NCBI GenBank assembly: GCA_018064525.1
Contig: JAGHVB010000010.1
Coordinates: forward strand, 40,684-104,683
Reading direction: 5' to 3'
Source of the DNA: Candidatus Treponema merdequi
GTDB taxonomy: Bacteria; Spirochaetota; Spirochaetia; Treponematales; Treponemataceae
Length of the DNA stretch: 64,000 bases
Shown here: piece after piece, positions 48,153 to 56,994 of the stretch
How positions within the stretch are numbered: position 1 is the first letter of the stretch
How the letters are laid out: each line of letters opens with the position of its first letter
The notes under the pieces: generated by a model
The model's input: the letters and a program-made list of their open reading frames with translations, nothing else
Told to the model about the DNA's origin: nothing
The model's database searches: none
Position numbers and translations under genes: made by a program

Positions 48153-48170
48153 CTGTGAAAATATTCACAA
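48153..48170. promoter_or_regulatory. Rex-like operator 2
   Basis: CTGTGAA-AATA-TTCACAA, one mismatch to the Rex consensus. Confidence 0.65.
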
Positions 48171-48201
48171 AAAAAACAGGGCGGCAATAAACCGTCCTGT
48201 T
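48169..48201 (-). terminator. Intrinsic terminator after FGE-fold lipoprotein gene
   Basis: AACAGGACGG..CCGCCCTGTT hairpin plus T-run on minus strand. Confidence 0.65.
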
Positions 48202-48222
48202 AAAAAAAACTTAGTCTTTCAT

Positions 48223-50415
48223 CTATCTCAAAGTACGGGCAAGTCTGAAACCGTACCATCTACCGCGATTGGATAAACTGTTTGAACCTTTTGAATAAAC
48301 TGGACTACAATTATAATAGCATCCGCCACCTTTAAGAATTGCTTCATGGTAAGAAGTTATACAGTACGGATCGACAGCATAACCATCAGAATCTAAAATA
48401 TCATCTTTAGCAGGATCAGTATTATAAAAAAATGCAGTCCACTCAGCAACATTACCACTCATATCATAAAGATTCAATTTATTTTTTGCATAACTTCCAA
48501 CCTGCTTTGTTTCATACTTCATTTCAAAAAGCCATGCAACATCATCTTTAGTATTACTTCCACTATATGTATACTTCCAGTCAGCAGCATCCGGATCACC
48601 ACCTCTTGCACAGAATTCCCATTCTGCCTCAGTAGGAAGACGATAACCATTTGCAGTTAAGTCAATAGAAAGATAATTTCGCCAGTTTGACTCATTTTTA
48701 CCTGAAGATGAACCAGGAACATCACTGCTTAAATGAGAATCCTTAAACCAGTCATCAGGATCTGTCATCTTTCCATTTTCAAAATCATAAGAATAAACAG
48801 GTTCAAGACCTTTCATAATGCTGAGTTTATTGCAGAATACGATTGCATCATAAAAGTCTATACATCCAACAGGATTTTTATCATCAGTACCAGTTGCTGT
48901 CGGCTGAGTTCCAAGAGAATTAAAATACGAATTGCCCATTACAGATTTATAAAATTCTCTTGTAACTTCATACTGAGCAATAGCAAACGAACTGAGTTTA
49001 ACTTTACGGGATTTAGTAAATACACTATCATTATAATTTGATGATGTCACATTTACAGCAGCAACAGCTCCTCTCGGAATTGCAATTATTTCCTTTGTAT
49101 AACTGCTGATTGACGAAGATAATTCAGCTCCCTGAGTCTGGTCTGTATAACCTGTCAGGCTCCAGTTTGTTCCACTTTGTGAAAGCTGATTTCCATTGTA
49201 CGGAATTGCTTTTACTACAACAGCTTTTTCAACTGAACCTTTCTTTATCTTAACCTCAAAAGAATATTCTGTTCCTGATGCCAATCCTGTATAAACTTTC
49301 TTTGTATTATCAGAATCAGTATTTTTAAATATGGTCGGATCGCCATTATTCATTTTAACTTCAACAGTATCAAAGTCTTCTGCAGGAGGATTAATCCAGG
49401 TTACAGTGACAGCTCCACTTCCAGAACATCTTGCAAATGCACGAAGTGGAGGTGAAACAGGTTTCCATTTTAAATAAACAGTAATATTTTTTCCATTTTT
49501 CTTTAAATCATCAAGTGTTACCGGAGTCATAAAATTTGAATCTTTATACCATCCTACAAAAAGAAAACCTTCTTTCTTGACCATTGTTTCATCAGGTAAA
49601 CCTTTTAAGGTATAATTATTATATTCGGCTTCCGGTGCAGCTTCCGTCCACGAGCCACCACCAAGATTATATGTAATCGGAACATAGTCAACCGGGGTAT
49701 CAATCTGGCGTACGGCTTCTGTTATACAGCCGGCAGAAACATTGACTAAATCAAAATAATAACCTGAGACATTTTTTGCAGAATCATCTTCTGCAAACAT
49801 AAAGCAGATTTTATAAACGCCCGAATCAATATCATCATATGGAACAATAAAATCTTTTCCTGATGTATAAGAATAACAGACAGAATTTGTATAAGTTCCA
49901 TTTACCTGTTTTATTTCTACATTTACAGATTTAATCTTTTCATCATTTTTACATTTAAGGGTATATTTAATTTTACCTTTACCCGGAGTAAAATCCGCAT
50001 CCTGATTTATCAAAGAAAGATTGAACATCAGCTGATTACTACCTTCAGTAATTTCTTTATCAATAATTACAGCGCTGTAATTTCTTTCATTAATTTTTGC
50101 AGTTAAAGTAAATGAATAAATTCCAGATTCCTCAAGTAAAATTTTAAAAGCCGGATCAGCTACTTCTGCATAAATTTTCTTTTCAAAAATTATTTTTTCA
50201 TCAGCACCTTTCAACGCTGCTTTTAATGTAATATCAGTCAATTTTGTTTCATCAAATGTTGGATTTGCAGTACGTGCTATTGAATCATGAAACTTAATTA
50301 AAAGGCATACATTACCTTTTTCATTTTCTGATTCAATTTTTTCAGAAAGCAGATTTGAACAGCCTGAAATCATTATTAAAATTAAAAATATATTCAATAA
50401 ATTAATTCTTTTCAT
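48223..50415 (-). CDS. Large surface lipoprotein: InlB B-repeat-like + FN3-like + C-terminal FGE-sulfatase fold
   Basis: ISGC lipobox; ITYNLGGG..KEGFLFVGWY; VTVTWINP..YTGLASGTEYSFEV; YRLPTEAEWEFCARGG, LYDMSGNVAEW, YGFRLAR. Confidence 0.8.
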   Translation of the reverse strand: MKRINLLNIFLILIMISGCSNLLSEKIESENEKGNVCLLIKFHDSIARTANPTFDETKLTDITLKAALKGADEKIIFEKKIYAEVADPAFKILLEESGIYSFTLTAKINERNYSAVIIDKEITEGSNQLMFNLSLINQDADFTPGKGKIKYTLKCKNDEKIKSVNVEIKQVNGTYTNSVCYSYTSGKDFIVPYDDIDSGVYKICFMFAEDDSAKNVSGYYFDLVNVSAGCITEAVRQIDTPVDYVPITYNLGGGSWTEAAPEAEYNNYTLKGLPDETMVKKEGFLFVGWYKDSNFMTPVTLDDLKKNGKNITVYLKWKPVSPPLRAFARCSGSGAVTVTWINPPAEDFDTVEVKMNNGDPTIFKNTDSDNTKKVYTGLASGTEYSFEVKIKKGSVEKAVVVKAIPYNGNQLSQSGTNWSLTGYTDQTQGAELSSSISSYTKEIIAIPRGAVAAVNVTSSNYNDSVFTKSRKVKLSSFAIAQYEVTREFYKSVMGNSYFNSLGTQPTATGTDDKNPVGCIDFYDAIVFCNKLSIMKGLEPVYSYDFENGKMTDPDDWFKDSHLSSDVPGSSSGKNESNWRNYLSIDLTANGYRLPTEAEWEFCARGGDPDAADWKYTYSGSNTKDDVAWLFEMKYETKQVGSYAKNKLNLYDMSGNVAEWTAFFYNTDPAKDDILDSDGYAVDPYCITSYHEAILKGGGCYYNCSPVYSKGSNSLSNRGRWYGFRLARTLR

Positions 50416-50437
50416 ATTTTTTCTCCATGTTCTTTTT

Positions 50438-51277
50438 TTACGATTTTTTAAAATACATCTGAGAACAGTAATGAATATTATTTTTTACTGCATACAAGAC
50501 AATTACATAACGCGCTGTTCCTTCAGGAGTAAATGAATATGATTCAGTTCCTTCAACAGGCTCTGTTAAACCCGGATTTATACTCCATTCATACTTATCA
50601 TAACCAGAAGGAACCTTAAATGTGAAAGTTCCATCAAAATTATCAACTAAACTGATTGTAATATCAGAATTCTGTGTATATGAAATCGAAATTCCTGATG
50701 AAGCACACTTCTTCCACTTTGCTGTTATTGTCATATCAGCATTAACAGGAGTATTTTCAACAACTTTACTTTCTCCAATAAACCATCCAAGAAATACCCA
50801 GCCATACTCTGACAAAGGCTGTAAATCCTCTGAACTCAATTTATATCCGGAAGAGACAGTTTTTGGTTCCCGTTTTACACCATGAGACTGACTGTCAAAT
50901 GTAATTACATAATTTTTAATTGAATACTGCGCGCTAACAGTATTACTGTCTTTCATTCCAATTTTTTTAGCAAGAGCTTTTATTGTCAATGGAACTGTTA
51001 TTTCAATCGGATTTTCATATTTAACACCTGAAACAGCAGGATCACTGCCATCTGTTGTAAAATAAATTTCTGCACCATCTGTCGTACAGATTAATGAAAT
51101 TTTTCTTCCAAATTCAACCTGTCCAGAACCAGTACTAAACTCAGGATCTTTTACCTGCTCAACAGGCATTGGAGGAAAAACAGAATCTGGTGAAGAAGAC
51201 GAATAACTACATCCTGTTACCAAAACAAAAACAAACATGCATAAACTGCATACAAACAAACTGCTGATTTTTTTCAC
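50438..51277 (-). CDS. Lipoprotein with chitobiase/FN3-associated and InlB B-repeat-like domains
   Basis: GTG start after AGGAG; VTGC lipobox; IYFTTDGSDP..Y..PI; ITFDSQ..GWVFLGW. Confidence 0.75.
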   Translation of the reverse strand: MKKISSLFVCSLCMFVFVLVTGCSYSSSSPDSVFPPMPVEQVKDPEFSTGSGQVEFGRKISLICTTDGAEIYFTTDGSDPAVSGVKYENPIEITVPLTIKALAKKIGMKDSNTVSAQYSIKNYVITFDSQSHGVKREPKTVSSGYKLSSEDLQPLSEYGWVFLGWFIGESKVVENTPVNADMTITAKWKKCASSGISISYTQNSDITISLVDNFDGTFTFKVPSGYDKYEWSINPGLTEPVEGTESYSFTPEGTARYVIVLYAVKNNIHYCSQMYFKKS

Positions 51278-51349
51278 TTTTACTCCTAAAAAACAAAAAA
51301 CTCCTTCATTCACGCTTATCACGCAAATAAAAGAGCCTCTCCAACAGAG

Positions 51350-51379
51350 ATTATATGATATAACTTTTTATTCTGTCAA
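51350..51379 (-). promoter_or_regulatory. Consensus sigma70 promoter for the lipoprotein pair
   Basis: TTGACA (51374-79)-18-TATAAT (51350-55). Confidence 0.7.
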
Positions 51380-51398
51380 ATATAAACCTTATTAATTT

Positions 51399-52211
51399 TT
51401 AAAAATCTTTTACTTCATCAAGGCGTTCAAACATTGAAACGACATCACGGTCAAAATCGAGATCGAGAACTGCTTTGTAATTTGAAATTTTACTTACATA
51501 AGCAAGTGTTGATTTTGGAGTCTGATTGTTTTTAACCCGGGTTACACCGGCATTATACATGGCAACAGCGACTAAATCGTCTTTTGCAATATTTCGGCAA
51601 AAACGGAGGTGACGCATTCCATAACGTGCAGAAACCTGCGGACTGAAAAAATCTCCGTCTTCGAGCTGTGGAAAACTTCTGTCATTCAGCTGAAAAAGTC
51701 CGCGGTCAATCGAACCATTCACGTTTGTATTAATGGCGTTGTAATTATAACGGCTTTCTGTGTAAGCAAGCGCAAATGCAAGAGAAAGCGGAATGTTTTC
51801 TCTGTCTGCTGCTTCGAGGATTGAAAGTGCTACATCGCGTTTTCCAGTCACGCGGATGTAAAACCATTCAACAGCTCCGCGGGTCTGAGGATTACGGTAA
51901 TAATCAAGTCCCTTATCATCAGAATTTCCCGCAGAAAGTTTTAAGAAATCAGAAACATATAATCCGTTAACTCCAGGAACAAATTCCGTAGAATTGTAAT
52001 TATCTGTCAAAAAATTTGCAGTATATGCAATTTCAAGTGCAACATTCTGTGGAACTTCTTCTGGAATTGAATCAATACTTGCAATACTTGAATCTCTGGC
52101 TGGGCAGAAAAAAATAATACAAAGTCCTACAACAATCAGGAAAACGCAAAGAAGAAAAGTGCCTGATACAGTAGTGCGAAATTCTGAATAATTAGAATTT
52201 ACATCTGTCAT
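51399..52211 (-). CDS. Lytic transglycosylase (SLT domain)
   Basis: N-terminal TM, ALAYTESRYN, GLFQLN, AMYNAG, YVSKI. Confidence 0.88.
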   Translation of the reverse strand: MTDVNSNYSEFRTTVSGTFLLCVFLIVVGLCIIFFCPARDSSIASIDSIPEEVPQNVALEIAYTANFLTDNYNSTEFVPGVNGLYVSDFLKLSAGNSDDKGLDYYRNPQTRGAVEWFYIRVTGKRDVALSILEAADRENIPLSLAFALAYTESRYNYNAINTNVNGSIDRGLFQLNDRSFPQLEDGDFFSPQVSARYGMRHLRFCRNIAKDDLVAVAMYNAGVTRVKNNQTPKSTLAYVSKISNYKAVLDLDFDRDVVSMFERLDEVKDF

Positions 52212-52423
52212 TAAAAAAATCTCCTGTACTTTCGGAATAAGTAAAACTCACAAAAAAAAGAATATCCGAAAACCAATGGCACCATTTTTTCATAAAAATA
52301 TCATAAATTCAAGCAAATTCAGTAGAAAAACATCCGAATTTACCACATTTTGTACACTTCTTATGAAAACTTTGCTATATTTTACGGTTTTTATACCGCT
52401 TTTACGCCCAAAATTCAAAAAAA

Positions 52424-53020
52424 TTAAATAAAAACAACCCTGTCAGAATATTCTGCACCGGCACTTCTGATTTTTTCTGCACTTGCACTATCTGCAAAAA
52501 AAACATACTGAGCATGCTTAACTAAAAGTTCATCCTGCAGAACCATTACTTTTCCGGGAGCATTTTCACTTGTAAAATCTTCCCGGATAAAAACGCCTGC
52601 AACACTCTCACAGTCTTTAACACGGCGGGCTGTATGCTTAATGCTCATAACATAACCGCTTACGGCATCGTCTTCGCAGGTTCCGCTTAAAACTTTTGCC
52701 CTGTGAGCATCATCAAGCCCCGGACAGACATTCAGTACTGCAAAAAGACCTTTTTCTTCCATTACCTTAAGAGCATCACGAAGTTCAGCAAGAAATTCTT
52801 CGTTGTATGCTTCCGGCTCGGGCTCTATTGTTTTTTGTGCGATCAATATGCTGCAGATAGAATTTTTTTCTGCGGTGATTTTTTTCAAAAGGCTTTCATC
52901 TTTTATGCCTGCAATAAAATCTTTATCAGAAATTTCGGTAAGGCAAAATTCCACCTGAGAATTATCAGAAATCTTATATAACTTGTTTTCTTTGACTGTA
53001 AAAACTGGATCTAATTTCAT
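52424..53020 (-). CDS. Hypothetical protein
   Basis: 198-aa ORF filling the gap; no motif recognised with confidence. Confidence 0.55.
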   Translation of the reverse strand: MKLDPVFTVKENKLYKISDNSQVEFCLTEISDKDFIAGIKDESLLKKITAEKNSICSILIAQKTIEPEPEAYNEEFLAELRDALKVMEEKGLFAVLNVCPGLDDAHRAKVLSGTCEDDAVSGYVMSIKHTARRVKDCESVAGVFIREDFTSENAPGKVMVLQDELLVKHAQYVFFADSASAEKIRSAGAEYSDRVVFI

Positions 53021-53075
53021 ATCTTTTCTCGTTTAATTAATTATGAAACCGGGCAGATTAAAATCCACCTGATAT

Positions 53076-53112
53076 AAAAAAAGCCTCTATGCAAGACCGG
53101 CATAAAGGCTTT
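53076..53112 (-). terminator. Intrinsic terminator after PTS IIA gene
   Basis: AAAGCCTTTATGC..GCATAGAGGCTTT plus T-run on minus strand. Confidence 0.75.
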
Positions 53113-53132
53113 CTCTTTAAGATTATATATAA

Positions 53133-53579
53133 CTATTCTGTTAAAATCTTAATGACTTCTGCTTTGTCCTGAGTTTCAAGAATCTGCTGGCGTTTTTCGG
53201 CACTCTTGAATAAAAGGCTTACTTCAGCAAGGAACTGCAAGTGTGGACCTGTTTTGTTTACAGGTGACAAAGTCATGATAAAAATACGGCATGGTTCCTG
53301 ATCGAGTGAATCAAAATCAACCGGGTTATCAGAAATACCAATACAAGCTACCAAATCAGAAACTGTATCTGTTTTTCCGTGTGGAATTGCGATACCATGT
53401 TTCATTCCTGTAGACATCTTTCTTTCGCGTTCCAGAACACATTCGCGGGCAGAAGCCTTATCAGTTACTTTTCCTGCCTTGATAAGGATGTCTAACATTT
53501 CGTCAATAATTTCTTCTTTTGTGTTACCCTTCAAATGAAGGTTTACCGTTTCCGGTGTAAGTACAGTTCTTAAGTCCAT
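53133..53579 (-). CDS. PTS EIIA (PtsN/fructose-type) protein
   Basis: LERERKMSTGMKHGIAIPHG phospho-His motif, HLQFLA. Confidence 0.9.
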   Translation of the reverse strand: MDLRTVLTPETVNLHLKGNTKEEIIDEMLDILIKAGKVTDKASARECVLERERKMSTGMKHGIAIPHGKTDTVSDLVACIGISDNPVDFDSLDQEPCRIFIMTLSPVNKTGPHLQFLAEVSLLFKSAEKRQQILETQDKAEVIKILTE

Positions 53580-53666
53580 ATATCTATTTTATGGTGTGTT
53601 ATTAGTAAAGTCAAGTAAAAAAAAGCCCGTATAGCAAAAAATCGGATGCCGATGCAGATAAAAGAC

Positions 53667-55442
53667 CTATTTTCCTTCAAAATATGTCTTTATGACTTTT
53701 ACATCCATAAGCTGGCTATCTGTCACTAAATAATTGCCATTTCCGTCTTTTGCAAATACATCCTGATCTGCATATATAAAATCTGCGTATTTTCCAGGAA
53801 CAATGCTGCCTCTTTCTTTTTCAAGATGCATCTGATATGCTCCGTTAATTGTCAGAATTTTAAGCATATCTTCGCGAGTACAGCACTCTTCCGGATTCCA
53901 CGGAGCTTCATCTGCAGCCTGTCCTGTAACAGCTATTTTCATAATTTTAAACGGATGCCATGGTGCACCGGAAAGAGCTGGATAATCACTTGAAGAAGCA
54001 ACATTTGTTTTGCAGTCAAGATGAGATTTTATCGGATACGATTTATCTTTACAGCCTTCCGGAAACGCAGCCTTCATTACATCTCGTATTGGTTCCGAAG
54101 TTGCATGCCACAAAATTCCAACAGCACAGCAGACATTGTTATCTTTAATTCTTTGAAAGTCAGACTCGTCAACATTCTGAACATGAACAAGAGTATTCCG
54201 CAATTCACTTCTTCCACTCTGTGCAAACGCGTCAACACATCGTCTTACTGCAGCATCACCCATTGTATGTACATGCATTGTAAAACCGGAATTATTTGCC
54301 TTCTGTGTCACTTCGGAAAATTTTTCTGCAGTCCAGTTTGGAAGTCCGTATTTATATGGCGGAGGATTTCCGGGAACATCAGGATATTCATTCAATGTAA
54401 ATGCTGTCCGTCCTGCGAAAGTTCCATCCATAAAGATTTTAATGTACTTTGTATTTATTCTCTGTGAATTATATTTTGCAGAAAGACCTGACGCTTTTTC
54501 TATTTCTGCACTGATGTCTGTTACATAACTGTCAAATTCATATGGCAATCCGATGCATAAATAAAGTGAACTGCTGTTTTCAAGTTCGCGTGCAGCCTCG
54601 TAAAAAGTTTCTGTGTTAAAATAATTCGGCCAGCCGTCCATATAGTAGACATATCCTTCGGAATGAAGCATTTTCTGAGTTTCGATCAATGCTTTTTTTG
54701 CCATATCCTTTGTAATAAGATCATTTACATCTTTAAGATTGATACGGACATAATTTGCAGCCTGTTCAGTCAAAAGACCGTTGATTTTTCCACCGGCATC
54801 TCTTTTAATTTCTCCGCCTTCAATTTCTGATATTTTTTCAGTTCCATCATCATTAAGGATTCCGGATTTTTTTAATGTAACAGTATTTACAAATGCCTTA
54901 TGAAATTCTTCATCAGAAAAATAAAGCGGTATATCAGGGCATGCATCATCTATTTCACTAAGTGATACGCTTTCATCATTTGCCAGCAAAACTGCAATAT
55001 TCCATCCAAAGCCAAAAACAGCTTTCTTTCCAGAAGCCTTTGCCTTGGAGTATGCATTTTTGACTGCAGCAAGAATCTCCGTCTTACCGGCTTCTTCAGA
55101 AATTCTGAATGCTCCCATCTCGACTAAAAGTTTATCAAGTAAAAAATGGGAATGTGCTTCTGTACATCCAGGCATTACCATTCCCTTTCCAGTATAGTCA
55201 TTTACTTTTGTGTTTACGCCAATAAATTTTCTTACACCGGTTTTATCACCTGAATAAACAAATCTGCCGTTTTTTACAGCAATTGCTTCAACATACGGAT
55301 TATTATCATCTGCAGTATAAATGGAACCATAGATTACAAGTTCTGCAGAATTATCTGAAGTCTGTTCAGAATTGGCCTGACTGCATCCACAGATAAGACA
55401 TAAAGAAACTGCAAGAGCAGAAATACAATTAATAAGCTTCAT
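53667..55442 (-). CDS. Amidohydrolase_3 (YtcJ-like) lipoprotein
   Basis: ICGC lipobox, MPGCTEAHSH, KIFMDG, HTMGD, HVQ, SSDYP, GSIVPGKYADF. Confidence 0.85.
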   Translation of the reverse strand: MKLINCISALAVSLCLICGCSQANSEQTSDNSAELVIYGSIYTADDNNPYVEAIAVKNGRFVYSGDKTGVRKFIGVNTKVNDYTGKGMVMPGCTEAHSHFLLDKLLVEMGAFRISEEAGKTEILAAVKNAYSKAKASGKKAVFGFGWNIAVLLANDESVSLSEIDDACPDIPLYFSDEEFHKAFVNTVTLKKSGILNDDGTEKISEIEGGEIKRDAGGKINGLLTEQAANYVRINLKDVNDLITKDMAKKALIETQKMLHSEGYVYYMDGWPNYFNTETFYEAARELENSSSLYLCIGLPYEFDSYVTDISAEIEKASGLSAKYNSQRINTKYIKIFMDGTFAGRTAFTLNEYPDVPGNPPPYKYGLPNWTAEKFSEVTQKANNSGFTMHVHTMGDAAVRRCVDAFAQSGRSELRNTLVHVQNVDESDFQRIKDNNVCCAVGILWHATSEPIRDVMKAAFPEGCKDKSYPIKSHLDCKTNVASSSDYPALSGAPWHPFKIMKIAVTGQAADEAPWNPEECCTREDMLKILTINGAYQMHLEKERGSIVPGKYADFIYADQDVFAKDGNGNYLVTDSQLMDVKVIKTYFEGK

Positions 55443-55504
55443 AAACTTTTCTCCTTACGATTAAAGTTTATAACGCTTTGAGAAATAATTCAAATTTATA
55501 TTTT

Positions 55505-56539
55505 TTAAAAATGCCACAAAACTTTTGCAAGCGCATTTGAAAAAGGCTGAGGTCTTGTAAAATCCGGAAGCCATTCTGTGTCAGCACATAAATCCTGATA
55601 AAAAAGGTAATCAAAATCGTATGCATCAATCAGATCGCGCAAATCCTGATCTTCTTCATCAGTCACAAGCCTGTTTTCAATTACAGAAAGCGCTTCTTTT
55701 CGCTTTGCAAGTTTTTCGTCATCTTCTTTAAATGGAACGGGTGTGTACTGCGACATAAGCGAGATGACTGCTTTTGTATCTGCATTTTCCTTGAGCCAGC
55801 TTAAAGTTTCTGCAGTGTCTTCAAATCTTCCCGGTAAAAAAAGATGCCGTACGATGACTCCACTCATCATTTTTTCTTTTGTGGAATTTTTCTCACCGCC
55901 ATCTTTCAAACAGTCCGTATCACCCAAAACATGCGGCTTCTCTATTCCATTTACGGTTTCAATTTTTAACGGATTATTTTTGATCATCCATTTGATTGCT
56001 TTTGTCGCAACTTCCGGATAATCGGCAGCACCGAATAATTTTTTTGATACTTCACTGTTCAAAGTCTTCAAATCCGGAAGCCAGACAGTTACAAGACCTT
56101 TTAAAAGTTCGAGAGACTCAACGCTTTCGTAAGCACTCGAGTTCCAGCAATAAGGAACTGTAACTCCGGCATCACGAGCCGCTTTCAGATATTCTGCAAG
56201 AAGTGGAATTACATGACTTGCCGTAACAAGATTTATGTTTTCAGCGCCTGCATTCTGCAGATCAAGACAGATTTTAATAAATTCATCTTTTGAAAGAGCG
56301 CGTCCCATTCCGTTTTGAGAGATCTGATAATTCTGGCAGAAGGAACATCGCAAAGTACAGCCAGTAAAAAATATTGTTCCGCTTCCGCCATAAACTGTAA
56401 TCAAAGGTTCTTCGCCAAAATGAAGACATGCAACGGCTGCACGTATTTCTTTTTTTTCTCCGCAGAAACCAGATTTTTCATTTCTGTTTACGAGACAGTT
56501 TCTAGGACATTGTGAACATGAAGAATAGAAATCGGTCAT
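55505..56539 (-). CDS. Radical SAM protein (PflX-like)
   Basis: CSQCPRNC, HFGEEP, FFTGCTLRCSFCQN, VIVRHLFLPG, SLMSQYTP. Confidence 0.88.
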   Translation of the reverse strand: MTDFYSSCSQCPRNCLVNRNEKSGFCGEKKEIRAAVACLHFGEEPLITVYGGSGTIFFTGCTLRCSFCQNYQISQNGMGRALSKDEFIKICLDLQNAGAENINLVTASHVIPLLAEYLKAARDAGVTVPYCWNSSAYESVESLELLKGLVTVWLPDLKTLNSEVSKKLFGAADYPEVATKAIKWMIKNNPLKIETVNGIEKPHVLGDTDCLKDGGEKNSTKEKMMSGVIVRHLFLPGRFEDTAETLSWLKENADTKAVISLMSQYTPVPFKEDDEKLAKRKEALSVIENRLVTDEEDQDLRDLIDAYDFDYLFYQDLCADTEWLPDFTRPQPFSNALAKVLWHF

Positions 56540-56576
56540 ATAAATTCCACCAGATTATAAAATTACGAATGTAAAA

Positions 56577-56978
56577 TCAAAGAGCATTTTTCTCAACAAG
56601 TGTCGACATCATCTGAGACAAAAGTTCCATCGGTAAATCTTCTGCTTCGTAATTTACAGCATCAGCAATTTCGCGCCAGTCATCATCTGTAAGCACATCT
56701 GTTTCTGAATCTCCAAGTAAAAACGCCTGCATTGCACAGAGTTTTTCAATTGAATCACGCGAAATGTCATTTGCTCCGCCGTCAATTTCCGGATTAACAT
56801 AATTTGAAATCCAGTACTCTGTAAGAGTATGCGGTAAATCACAAAGACCCCGGTTTGAATTTTCAAAGAGAACAGCAATCTGTTCTGCAGTTTTTAAAAG
56901 GTCAAGTTTTCCGTCAGCTGAACGGTTGTATTTTTTTATTTTTTCGATATCACTGAAAAATTTCTGAATTGAATCCAT
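56577..56978 (-). CDS. Hypothetical protein (133 aa)
   Basis: ORF in operon context; no motif recognised. Confidence 0.55.
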   Translation of the reverse strand: MDSIQKFFSDIEKIKKYNRSADGKLDLLKTAEQIAVLFENSNRGLCDLPHTLTEYWISNYVNPEIDGGANDISRDSIEKLCAMQAFLLGDSETDVLTDDDWREIADAVNYEAEDLPMELLSQMMSTLVEKNAL

Positions 56979-56994
56979 AGAACAAAACTATATA

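Noticed and set aside
56542-56550. Additional AAATTCCAC motif copy
   Set aside because: On the minus strand it reads GGTGGAATTTATATG, i.e. the ribosome-binding region of the radical SAM gene
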